Assembly (NCBI GenBank): GCA_947424995.1
Contig: CANDYO010000001.1
Location: 1-35,413, forward strand
DNA length: 35,413 nucleotides
Reading direction: 5' to 3'
Source: Rickettsiales bacterium
GTDB lineage: Bacteria; Pseudomonadota; Alphaproteobacteria; Rickettsiales; CANDYO01
Positions 10,805 through 18,719 of this stretch are shown here, in pieces. How positions within the stretch are numbered: position 1 is the first letter of the stretch; the number at the start of each line of letters is the position of its first letter. A model generated the notes under the pieces. The model did no database searches. It was given only the letters and a program-made list of their open reading frames with translations, and had not been told where the DNA came from. The position numbers were made by a program, and so were the translations under genes.

Positions 10805-12205
10805 ATGTCATTTAATTTAGATTCAGTAGTAATTTCAGGTAGAGAAGTATATCCAATTGTCGAAGGCGGCAAAGGGATTGCTATTAGTAGTGGTCAAACA
10901 TCAGGTGCTTTTGCAGCAGCGGGTGCTGTTGGTACGTTTTCTGGAGTTAACGCTAGTTTTTATGATGATAATAATGCTCGTATACCATACGAATATAAAG
11001 GACAAACTAGAAGAGAGCGTCACTTCGAATTAATCAAATTAGGAATTAAAGGTGGTATAAGTCAAGCGCAAATAGCGCATGATTTAGCTGGAGGTAATGG
11101 TCCTGTCCATATGAACATTCTTTGGGAAATGGGTGGAGCTGAGGCTATTTTAGAAGGAATTCTTGAAGGTGCTAAAGGGTTGATCAATGGCGTAACTTGT
11201 GGAGCAGGAATGCCTTACAAGCTTGCTGAAATTGCTAGAAAATATAATATTTATTATTATCCTATAGTTTCTTCGATGCGAGCGATGAGAGCTCTTTGGA
11301 AAAGATCATATCATAAAAATCCTGAATTATTAGGTGGGGTAGTTTACGAAGATCCATGGCTTGCTGGAGGGCATAATGGCCTTTCTAATAGTGAGAATCC
11401 TACTGTTCCAGAGGATCCATATCCTCGAGTAGTGGAATTACGTAAATTTATGGATGAAGTAGGGCTTAGTGCTGTGCCAATTATTATGGCTGGTGGAGTT
11501 TGGCATCTCAATGAATGGGCCCATTGGCTGAGGAATCCAGAAATTGGTAAAATTGCTTTTCAGTTTGGCACTAGACCAATTTTAACTCAAGAAAGTCCAG
11601 TCTCTAAAGAATGGAAAGACAAATTATTAACCCTTAAAAAGGGGGATATTTATTTAAATCGTTATAGCCCAACAGGATTTTATTCGTCAGCGGTAGAAAA
11701 TAATTTTATTAAAGAATTGCAAGGTCGTGAGCAAAGACAGGTGTCTTATGCCATGAGTCCTGGTGAACATTATGATACTGCTTTAGCGCTTGGACCAAGA
11801 GGGAGGCCTGTTTATATTGCGGCTGCTGACCTGAGTCAAGTGAGGGAGTGGATGGTTCAAGGTTATGATGAAGCTATGAAAACCCCAGATTCTACGATAA
11901 TTTTTGTAACTAAGGATCAAGCCAATCACATTTTATTAGATCAAATTAATTGTATGGGTTGCTTGAGTCATTGTAAGTTTAGCAATTGGAAAGATCATGA
12001 TGATTTTTCAACTGGAAAAAAAGCCGATCCTCGTAGTTTTTGTATTCAAAAGACGCTTCAAAACATTGCTTATGGTAATGATGTAGAGAATGAGTTGATG
12101 TTTGCTGGTCATAATGCTTATCGATTTGCAGGTGATGAATTTTATAAAAATGGTTTCGTTCCTACGGTAAAGCAGTTAGTGGATCGTATTCGCTTGGGTT
12201 ATTAA
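10805..12205 (+). CDS. nitronate monooxygenase / 2-nitropropane dioxygenase-like FMN oxidoreductase
   Basis: YPIVEGGKGIAIS...AAAGAVGTFSG, GVTCGAGMPY, and IIMAGGV...FQFGTRP resemble NMO-family TIM-barrel motifs. This is the long (466 aa) form. Confidence 0.55.
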   Translation: MSFNLDSVVISGREVYPIVEGGKGIAISSGQTSGAFAAAGAVGTFSGVNASFYDDNNARIPYEYKGQTRRERHFELIKLGIKGGISQAQIAHDLAGGNGPVHMNILWEMGGAEAILEGILEGAKGLINGVTCGAGMPYKLAEIARKYNIYYYPIVSSMRAMRALWKRSYHKNPELLGGVVYEDPWLAGGHNGLSNSENPTVPEDPYPRVVELRKFMDEVGLSAVPIIMAGGVWHLNEWAHWLRNPEIGKIAFQFGTRPILTQESPVSKEWKDKLLTLKKGDIYLNRYSPTGFYSSAVENNFIKELQGREQRQVSYAMSPGEHYDTALALGPRGRPVYIAAADLSQVREWMVQGYDEAMKTPDSTIIFVTKDQANHILLDQINCMGCLSHCKFSNWKDHDDFSTGKKADPRSFCIQKTLQNIAYGNDVENELMFAGHNAYRFAGDEFYKNGFVPTVKQLVDRIRLGY

Positions 12206-12354
12206 TCTAGATTTAGATAAAGTTTTGTTTAAGAAAAGCGTTTCAAATGAATTAATATATTGACAAATGAATTTAAATTTGCCAAACTAAAATTAAAGTA
12301 AAAGAGCGTAGACTACGCGTCTAGTCGCTTGAAATAAATAGTTAAGGATCTAGT

Positions 12355-12690
12355 ATGTTATTGAAGAATATAGAATCGTATATTGCCGAGAATGAAAATC
12401 GTAGTGAAGAAGAAAAAGACCTAATGTCTGACGTTAGGTATGTATGTAAGTCTTGCTCGTTGATTACCGAGTCTTTGCAAAAAGGTTGTGATGTTATGCA
12501 GATGCCTAATGGTGATATCATTATAACTGAGTTAAAAACAGTAATTTTTCAATATACTTGGGATGATAAGAAGGGTAAATTGGTGCGCACTCAAGCTGGC
12601 AACAAGTTGCGTAAAATGAAACCAAGAAAGCCTAGAAAAGTTGTTAATAGCTTTGAAGAAGAGACGGTAAAAACAAGAGAATTAGTATAG
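12355..12690 (+). CDS. hypothetical protein with a basic C-terminus
   Basis: 111-aa ORF with AAGGA 6 nt upstream of the ATG. No family recognised. Confidence 0.45.
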   Translation: MLLKNIESYIAENENRSEEEKDLMSDVRYVCKSCSLITESLQKGCDVMQMPNGDIIITELKTVIFQYTWDDKKGKLVRTQAGNKLRKMKPRKPRKVVNSFEEETVKTRELV

Positions 12691-12800
12691 TCTTGAATCT
12701 CTTTAGAGGATTTAAGATAAAATCTGTAAATAAACAACAAAAATATTGACTGTTAATGAAAAGAGTGGCTTAATAGCAGAAATTAATTGGAGATATTGTT

Positions 12801-12926
12801 ATGAGAATTGTAAACTCTTTAAAGAGTGCTAAGAAAAGAGATAAAGACTGTTTTGTGGTTAATCGTCGTGGACGTAAATTTGTCCTGCACAAAAAAAACA
12901 AGCGTTTAAAAGCGCGTCAAGGGTAA
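12801..12926 (+). CDS. rpmJ: 50S ribosomal protein L36 (41 aa, alphaproteobacterial non-zinc type)
   Basis: My own translation is [45 protein letters not shown] lies 8 nt upstream and a terminator follows. It is below the ORF-track size cutoff. Confidence 0.85.
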   Translation: MRIVNSLKSAKKRDKDCFVVNRRGRKFVLHKKNKRLKARQG

Positions 12927-12956
12927 TATATCCTTAAAAATTTTATTTTTTATAAA

Positions 12957-12988
12957 AGCCCTGACTGTTAATCAGGGCTTTTTTTTAT
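12957..12988 (+). terminator. rho-independent terminator after rpmJ
   Basis: 8-bp stem agccctga / tcagggct, 7-nt loop, then a T run. Confidence 0.7.
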
Positions 12989-13000
12989 TTGAGGTGTTTT

Positions 13001-13345
13001 ATGAATCAATTGCAGCTAGATTTTTCTCTATCTGATAATGCTTGTAAGCGTATAGCGTTCTTAATTGCTAAAAGAAATGATCCGCAGGTAAAGCTTCGTA
13101 TTTCAGTTGAAGGTGGAGGGTGTTCAGGATTTCAGTATCGTTATGATTTTGTTGACGAGCAACCTACTCAAGATGATCTATGTATAGAGCGAGATGGAGC
13201 AAAGGTATTGATTGATAAAATATCGCTTGAGTTAGTGAAAGGAAGTATTTTAGATTTTAGCGAAGATCTAAATGGTGCTTATTTTCAAATAAAAAACCCT
13301 ATTGCTGCTAGTGGATGCGGTTGCGGAAATTCTTTTAGCATTTAG
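13001..13345 (+). CDS. erpA: HesB/IscA-family iron-sulfur cluster insertion protein
   Basis: GGGCSGFQY and C-terminal CGCGNSFSI motifs. I prefer the ATG at 13001, with GAGGTG upstream, over the TTG at 12989. Confidence 0.85.
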   Translation: MNQLQLDFSLSDNACKRIAFLIAKRNDPQVKLRISVEGGGCSGFQYRYDFVDEQPTQDDLCIERDGAKVLIDKISLELVKGSILDFSEDLNGAYFQIKNPIAASGCGCGNSFSI

Positions 13346-13692
13346 TGTCGGTTCCTATATTTTTATAATATAATTAAATATACCAATCTAATTCCCTCCT
13401 TTTTGTTGTAAAGCAATAATCTATTTTTAAAAATCCTAAGTTGTTCAAGAGTAAGAAGTTATTGCTCTTATCTTCATGTCGTCCATGATAAGGAAATTGA
13501 TGTTTTTCTTGTTGACCGTAGAATTTATATATTATATATTAGGCAACATTGTTAATAATTATTAATTACAAACAAAACAATTGTTAATTATATTACATGT
13601 AAAATCTAGTACTAAGGATTTAAAAATGCTTAGGTGATTGTAGAAATTATATTTGTAATATGAATATAGTTTTTTATAGAAGGGAAGAAAAA

Positions 13693-14643
13693 ATGACTGA
13701 TGAAGTAGATGGCGTAGCAGGCTTTAATAATGAAATAGGAAGCTCAGATGTAGGTGATAATACAGATCAATTGGAAAGTATATTAGAAGAATTTGATGGA
13801 GCGCGAGATAAGCTTGAACAGGGGATTGGAAGACTTAAACATAAATTTAATCAAAAAGATGATGAGCTTAAACATTGTGAAATAGAAAAATTAGCAGCTA
13901 TAGAGAGAAGAGATCTTGCTGAAACAAAGGTGAATAATACTGAAGTAGCTAAGAATAAATCTGATAGTACATTAGCTATTTGTAAAAAAGATAAAGATAA
14001 AGCTCTTAAAGATAAGAAGAACGCTGAGTCTGCTAAGACAAAAGCTGAAGGAGAGAGAGAAGGTTTTAAAAAAGATTTAGTTACTCGTACAAGTGAAAGA
14101 GATACTTGCATTTCTGAAAAAGGTACAATTCTAGAAGCTAAGGAAAAAGCTGAAAGTGATTTAGTTACTCGTACAAGTGAAAGAGATACTTGCGTTTCTG
14201 AAAAAGGTACAACTCTAGAAGCTAAGGAAAGAACTGAAAGTGATTTAGTTACTCGTACAAGTGAAAGAGATACTTGCGTTTCTGAAAAAGGTACAACTCT
14301 AGAAGCTAAGGAAAAAGCTGAAAGAGAGTTGGTTACTTGTGAAAATGATAATCTTAGAAAAGACCTAGTCATTAAAAATTTCAGTAATGTACAAAATAAA
14401 ATACCAATAAGTCTTGATGATTCACTACCAGGGCCGGTTAAATGTGTACATTATGTTAATAATTTTTATATGACAATGGAGTTCAATAATAAGTTAATCA
14501 AAGCTTCGAAGCCATCTTCTTTCTATAAAGACTTATGTTTAAAGCCTGAAGGAACTCCAGATTTGATAACATGTTTTATAGGTAAGAATTATTACGATCT
14601 AACACATGTATGTGGTGAGATTGCAGGTTGGTATGATAACTAA
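13693..14643 (+). CDS. coiled-coil tandem-repeat protein with a Cys-containing C-terminal domain
   Basis: Long ORF. The ATG at 13693 has AGGGA 7 nt upstream; the alternative ATG is at 13660. It contains three 28-aa repeats DLVTRTSERDTC.SEKGT.LEAKE. Confidence 0.65.
   Translation: MTDEVDGVAGFNNEIGSSDVGDNTDQLESILEEFDGARDKLEQGIGRLKHKFNQKDDELKHCEIEKLAAIERRDLAETKVNNTEVAKNKSDSTLAICKKDKDKALKDKKNAESAKTKAEGEREGFKKDLVTRTSERDTCISEKGTILEAKEKAESDLVTRTSERDTCVSEKGTTLEAKERTESDLVTRTSERDTCVSEKGTTLEAKEKAERELVTCENDNLRKDLVIKNFSNVQNKIPISLDDSLPGPVKCVHYVNNFYMTMEFNNKLIKASKPSSFYKDLCLKPEGTPDLITCFIGKNYYDLTHVCGEIAGWYDN
14074..14340 (+). repeat. 84-nt tandem repeat, 3 full copies plus a partial fourth
   Basis: Units at 14074-14157, 14158-14241 and 14242-14325 differ by only 3-4 nt each. 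The repeat is in frame in the CDS. Confidence 0.9.
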
Positions 14644-14647
14644 AAAT

Positions 14648-14680
14648 AAAAGCTACTCACTGGAGAGTAGCTTTCATTTT
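14648..14680. terminator. bidirectional hairpin terminator between convergent genes
   Basis: Stem agctactc (14651-14658) / gagtagct (14665-14672), flanked by an A run upstream and T-rich sequence downstream. Confidence 0.6.
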
Positions 14681-14709
14681 AAATGGTTTTAAGTTTTTAT
14701 TGAGATTTA

Positions 14710-15033
14710 TTAAAAAGGCATTTTGAACCCAGCTGGTAAGTTCATTCCGCCCATTAGTCCTGAGAAATTATTTTCTGAATCTTCATTGAGTTTCTTTTTT
14801 GCGTCATTAAACGCGGCTACAATTAAATCTTCAAGAATTTCTATTTCATCAGGGCTAGCTAATTCTTTGGAAATTTTTATTTTTAATAAATCTCCTTTGC
14901 CACTGATAGTAAGGCTTACTACTCCGCCGCCAGCATTACCTGTATATTCTTGTTCAGCCAGTTTTTCTTGAGCTTCAAGCATTTTTTTTTGCATTGACTG
15001 AGCTTGTTTCATCATATTTGCGATATTAACCAT
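14710..15033 (-). CDS. ybaB: YbaB/EbfC nucleoid-associated protein
   Basis: 107 aa, with MMKQAQ.MQ..M...Q..L and a C-terminal GLMGGMNLPAGFKMPF tail. Confidence 0.9.
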   Translation of the reverse strand: MVNIANMMKQAQSMQKKMLEAQEKLAEQEYTGNAGGGVVSLTISGKGDLLKIKISKELASPDEIEILEDLIVAAFNDAKKKLNEDSENNFSGLMGGMNLPAGFKMPF

Positions 15034-15034
15034 T

Positions 15035-15511
15035 TTATTTCTCTCTTAAAGTTCTAGCTTTTTCTATTTTCCATTCTCTTTCTTTGAGACTGGCTCTCTT
15101 GTCATAGAGATGTTTTCCTTTTGCTAAGGCCAACTCTATTTTTACCTTATTTTTGTTATTTAAATATAATGATAATGGTACCAAAGTATAGCCCTTTGTT
15201 TTTATCTTACCAAGAAATTTATTTAGCTGACGTTTGTGAAGTAGTAATTTTCTTGGTCTTCTAGAGTCATGATTAAATAGCTTGTTAGTTTTTTCATATT
15301 CAGCAACATGAGCGTGAAACAAGAAAATTTCCTCACCAATATTACTAGCAAAAGCTTCATTAAGGCTAACATTACCAGCTCTAATTGACTTAACTTCGCT
15401 GCCCTCAAGCATGATGCCAGCTTCTATAGTCTCTTCAATGAAATATTCATGACGAGCTTTACGATTCTGTGCGATTACTCGCTTAGCTAATGGATTAGTT
15501 TGAGCGGTCAT
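15035..15511 (-). CDS. smpB: SsrA-binding protein
   Basis: NRKARHEY.IEE..EAG..L.G.EVKS.R and LLLHK.Q motifs. Confidence 0.95.
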   Translation of the reverse strand: MTAQTNPLAKRVIAQNRKARHEYFIEETIEAGIMLEGSEVKSIRAGNVSLNEAFASNIGEEIFLFHAHVAEYEKTNKLFNHDSRRPRKLLLHKRQLNKFLGKIKTKGYTLVPLSLYLNNKNKVKIELALAKGKHLYDKRASLKEREWKIEKARTLREK

Positions 15512-16385
15512 ATAATTTTACTTTTAAAGCTTCTAATGTTTCGCGAACTAATTTTTTATTGCTTTCAGATGGTGAAGTTAGAGGCAATCTCAGATCTGCT
15601 GAACATAATTCAAATTGGCTGGCTGCATATTTTACTGCTATTGGATTAGTCTCACAGAATAAGACTTCATTTAGTGGAAGTAACATTGCTTGTAATTCAA
15701 TAGCATCTTTAATTCTATTGTTTTGCCAAAGATGATGTAATTTAACCATTAAAGATGGAACGATATTGGCGGTAACTGAAACTACTCCGACAGCTCCTTG
15801 TGAGTAGTAAGGTAAAGCAAGGACATCATCGCCAGTAACGATTTCAAAATTATCATCGAGTTTTTGTTTTAACTGAGTACATCTAATTGGATTAGCTGAA
15901 CAGTCCTTTAATGCTGTTATTCTTGGAAGTTGAGCAAGTCTAATTATGGTTTCATTATTTATATCAACGCAGGTGCGCCCTGGAGCGTTATAGAGTAGAA
16001 TTGGTACATTAGTCACATCATGAATAGCTTTAAAATGTTGATATAATCCTTCTTGAGATGGCTTGATATAATAAGGTGAGACCAGCATTACGCCATCTAC
16101 TTTTAATTCTTGTGCTTCTTGAGTTAACTCAATACTGTTAAAGGTAGAGTTTAATCCGGTATTGGCGATAATTGGTACTCGCCCTTTTGATATCTTAACA
16201 GCTGCTGAAACTATTTGAATAAACTCTTCTCTGGTTAAACTTTGTCCTTCACCAGTTGAGCCGCCAATTACTAAGCCATGAATACCTGATTCAATTTGCC
16301 AATTGATCATTCGCTCAAAACTTTTAATATCTACTTCTCCATGTTTAAAAGGAGTGATTAAGGCAGTAAAAATACCTTTGAACAT
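15495..16385 (-). CDS. dapA: 4-hydroxy-tetrahydrodipicolinate synthase
   Basis: ALITPF, GGSTGEG.SLT, YNAPGRT, and a full-length 296-aa match pattern. It overlaps smpB by 17 nt. Confidence 0.95.
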   Translation of the reverse strand: MFKGIFTALITPFKHGEVDIKSFERMINWQIESGIHGLVIGGSTGEGQSLTREEFIQIVSAAVKISKGRVPIIANTGLNSTFNSIELTQEAQELKVDGVMLVSPYYIKPSQEGLYQHFKAIHDVTNVPILLYNAPGRTCVDINNETIIRLAQLPRITALKDCSANPIRCTQLKQKLDDNFEIVTGDDVLALPYYSQGAVGVVSVTANIVPSLMVKLHHLWQNNRIKDAIELQAMLLPLNEVLFCETNPIAVKYAASQFELCSADLRLPLTSPSESNKKLVRETLEALKVKLYDRSN

Positions 16386-16532
16386 AATAAATTACTCTCT
16401 ATAAGGATTATAATATGATTGCTAACAATCTAACTCTAATTCTTTGATTTGTAAATATAAGAGACAGTTAAAAAGAGATATTTGTTTATATAATAGACCA
16501 TTGTGCGATCTAAAATTATTACTTTAAAATAT

Positions 16533-16584
16533 GCGAGGTCGTCATCTTCGTAACCAAGCAAAGCTTAGTTACGAGGATGACGCC
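16533..16584. repeat. short RPE-like hairpin element
   Basis: The arms of gcgaggtcgtcatcttcgtaaccaagcaaagcttagttacgaggatgacgcc are nearly perfect inverted repeats. Its 5' end resembles 33829-33850. Confidence 0.7.
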
Positions 16585-16711
16585 TAACTTTAAAAGAGTA
16601 CAGCATTGTATTATTTTGACAGCTTGTTTACATAACATGTTTCATAAGAAGCTGGCTTTAAGTGACGATTTATTGTATAAAATTATGAAAATTTAATAGT
16701 TTGAGGAATTT

Positions 16712-18592
16712 ATGCTACGTTTTATTATTTGTTTTTTATGTTTGTTGATAACCGGTAGCGCTGAAGCTAAGTGGGCAAGCGTTGAAGAAGCTGCAATTAA
16801 GCAAGATATTTATAACTTGGATATTACGGTGGATAAAGATGGTGCATATAAACAAGTAATAGAGTCTCAATTTGAAATATTAAAAGAAGCTGGTCGTGAA
16901 GAAGCTGCTCATTATACGGTATATTATAATGCTGATAGTGAAAAAGTTGAAATTTTAGAAGCAAAAACTATCTATCAAGGTAAAGAATATAAAATTGATA
17001 AGAAATTTATTGAAGATAAACCACTAGCAAATGTTGGTTATGGGTTTGATCAAAGCCATCAAATTTTGCTTGCTTTTCCAAAAGCAGAAGTTGGTGCTAA
17101 AATATATTTAAAATATAATAGAGCTACCTTAAAATCTCCATTAGATAATTTCTTCGATGTATTGCTGGATTTTGGTTATAGAGAATGGATCACTAGTGCT
17201 AATATCAAGATAAAATCAGCAATAGCATTGCATATGTTGGTCAATGATCCTGAGAAAGCATTAAAAATTACTAGAGATAGAGAAGATAGTTTTCATGATA
17301 TAGAAATTACTCTGACTAAGGAGCTATACAGAGCAGTTATAAATGAATCAAGTAACAGCCTCTTTGATGAAAAAATGGCTACTTATGTTTCCATATCAAG
17401 TATTAAAAAATGGGAAGATTTATCGATGCTTATTAGCAAGCAAAATTATAACAAGTTCTATAAACAAACTCTGCCAGATACTTATCTAGAGATTATGCAA
17501 GAAGCATCTAAAGGGCAAAGTGAAGTAGAGCAAATAAATATAGTAACCTCTAGACTTAATGATAAAATTCAGTTTATGAGTGATGCACGCTCAATCAATG
17601 GGCGCTTTATGCCAAGAGATTTAGAGCAAACTAGCAAAAGCCAATTAGGTGATTGTAAAGATTTTTCAGCAGCAACTTTAGCAATTTTAAATAAGATGGG
17701 CTATAAAGTGCAATTTGCTTTAATTATGCGTGGAGAAGGAAGTTTTTTTCCTATCACTTTGCCAGAAATGAGAGCGTTTAATCATGTTATAGTTAAGGTA
17801 ACTGCTAAAGATGGGAAGATATATTGGATAGATCCAACTAATATCCAAAGTATGGCTGATGGGATTTTTCCAGATATTGCTAATAAGCCAGTATTGGTAT
17901 TGGATAGTGAGCAGCCGATTTATGAAAAGACACCACAAGTTAATCCTAGCCATGCTCAGTTTATCCATAATTTAATTATCGAGAAGATTGGCGATAATAA
18001 AATTATCGAGAAAGGTAATGTTACTCTTAAAAATGAAGAAGCCGCTCCTTTGACTGCGATTGAGTTATATTCTTCTAAGGAAAGCATCAGTAATATTGTT
18101 TTCTCAAGTCTTAGCGGAACTAATTTAAGTGATGATAATGAGAAAAATATTACCTTACCAGATCTTAAATCAAGAATAGTAAAGGATATTTCAATTGATT
18201 ATTCTTATGTACAAGAAAATAAATTATTTAAAACTAATTTAGGTCAAGCTTTTAAATTGAGTTATAATAAATTTGGCTTATCTGATTATATCCATATTCC
18301 TCAAGATGCGGTAACGGATATTTATATAGGTAATCCGTATAGCTTTAAGAGGCAAACTATTTTTAAGAATATAGATGTAAAAAATGCTGAAGCACTAAAT
18401 GTAGAGATTGATAATAAATGGTTATCTCTTTCTCGCAAATTATCCTTTAAGGATCGTAATTTAACTATCGATGAAATTATTATCGTAAAGCAAAGTTTAA
18501 TTCCTAATAGCGATCTAAAAACCCCTGAGTTTCTTATTTTAAAGCAAGAATTAGAACAGAATTATAGAGATGTTTCCATAGTTTTTAATTAA
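16712..18592 (+). CDS. secreted DUF3857-like / transglutaminase-like cysteine protease domain protein
   Basis: Signal peptide ending AEA. Cys-His-Asp core motifs GDCKDFS, FNHVIV and YWIDPT. GAGGA RBS. Confidence 0.65.
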   Translation: MLRFIICFLCLLITGSAEAKWASVEEAAIKQDIYNLDITVDKDGAYKQVIESQFEILKEAGREEAAHYTVYYNADSEKVEILEAKTIYQGKEYKIDKKFIEDKPLANVGYGFDQSHQILLAFPKAEVGAKIYLKYNRATLKSPLDNFFDVLLDFGYREWITSANIKIKSAIALHMLVNDPEKALKITRDREDSFHDIEITLTKELYRAVINESSNSLFDEKMATYVSISSIKKWEDLSMLISKQNYNKFYKQTLPDTYLEIMQEASKGQSEVEQINIVTSRLNDKIQFMSDARSINGRFMPRDLEQTSKSQLGDCKDFSAATLAILNKMGYKVQFALIMRGEGSFFPITLPEMRAFNHVIVKVTAKDGKIYWIDPTNIQSMADGIFPDIANKPVLVLDSEQPIYEKTPQVNPSHAQFIHNLIIEKIGDNKIIEKGNVTLKNEEAAPLTAIELYSSKESISNIVFSSLSGTNLSDDNEKNITLPDLKSRIVKDISIDYSYVQENKLFKTNLGQAFKLSYNKFGLSDYIHIPQDAVTDIYIGNPYSFKRQTIFKNIDVKNAEALNVEIDNKWLSLSRKLSFKDRNLTIDEIIIVKQSLIPNSDLKTPEFLILKQELEQNYRDVSIVFN

Positions 18593-18719
18593 GAGCTTTA
18601 TATCCAAGGGTTAAATTATCTTAATAATATATATTGACTAACCAAAAGTAATAGTTAGTATGATCTTCTCACGGAAGATAGAGCAGAGAAAATAACAATT
18701 TATATTTAGGAGAAAGCAA

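Noticed and set aside
12989-13000. TTG start at 12989 for the erpA ORF.
   Set aside because: It would begin inside the T run of the rpmJ terminator. The ATG at 13001 has a GAGGTG Shine-Dalgarno at proper spacing.
14074-14340. A regularly spaced 84-nt repeat that could be mistaken for a CRISPR array.
   Set aside because: The units are directly adjacent with no spacers, lie in frame inside a CDS, and no cas genes are present.
13851-14372. 173-aa minus-strand ORF antisense to the tandem-repeat gene.
   Set aside because: It is a shadow frame kept open by the repeat periodicity. The plus-strand ORF is longer, has an RBS, and extends into unique flanking domains.
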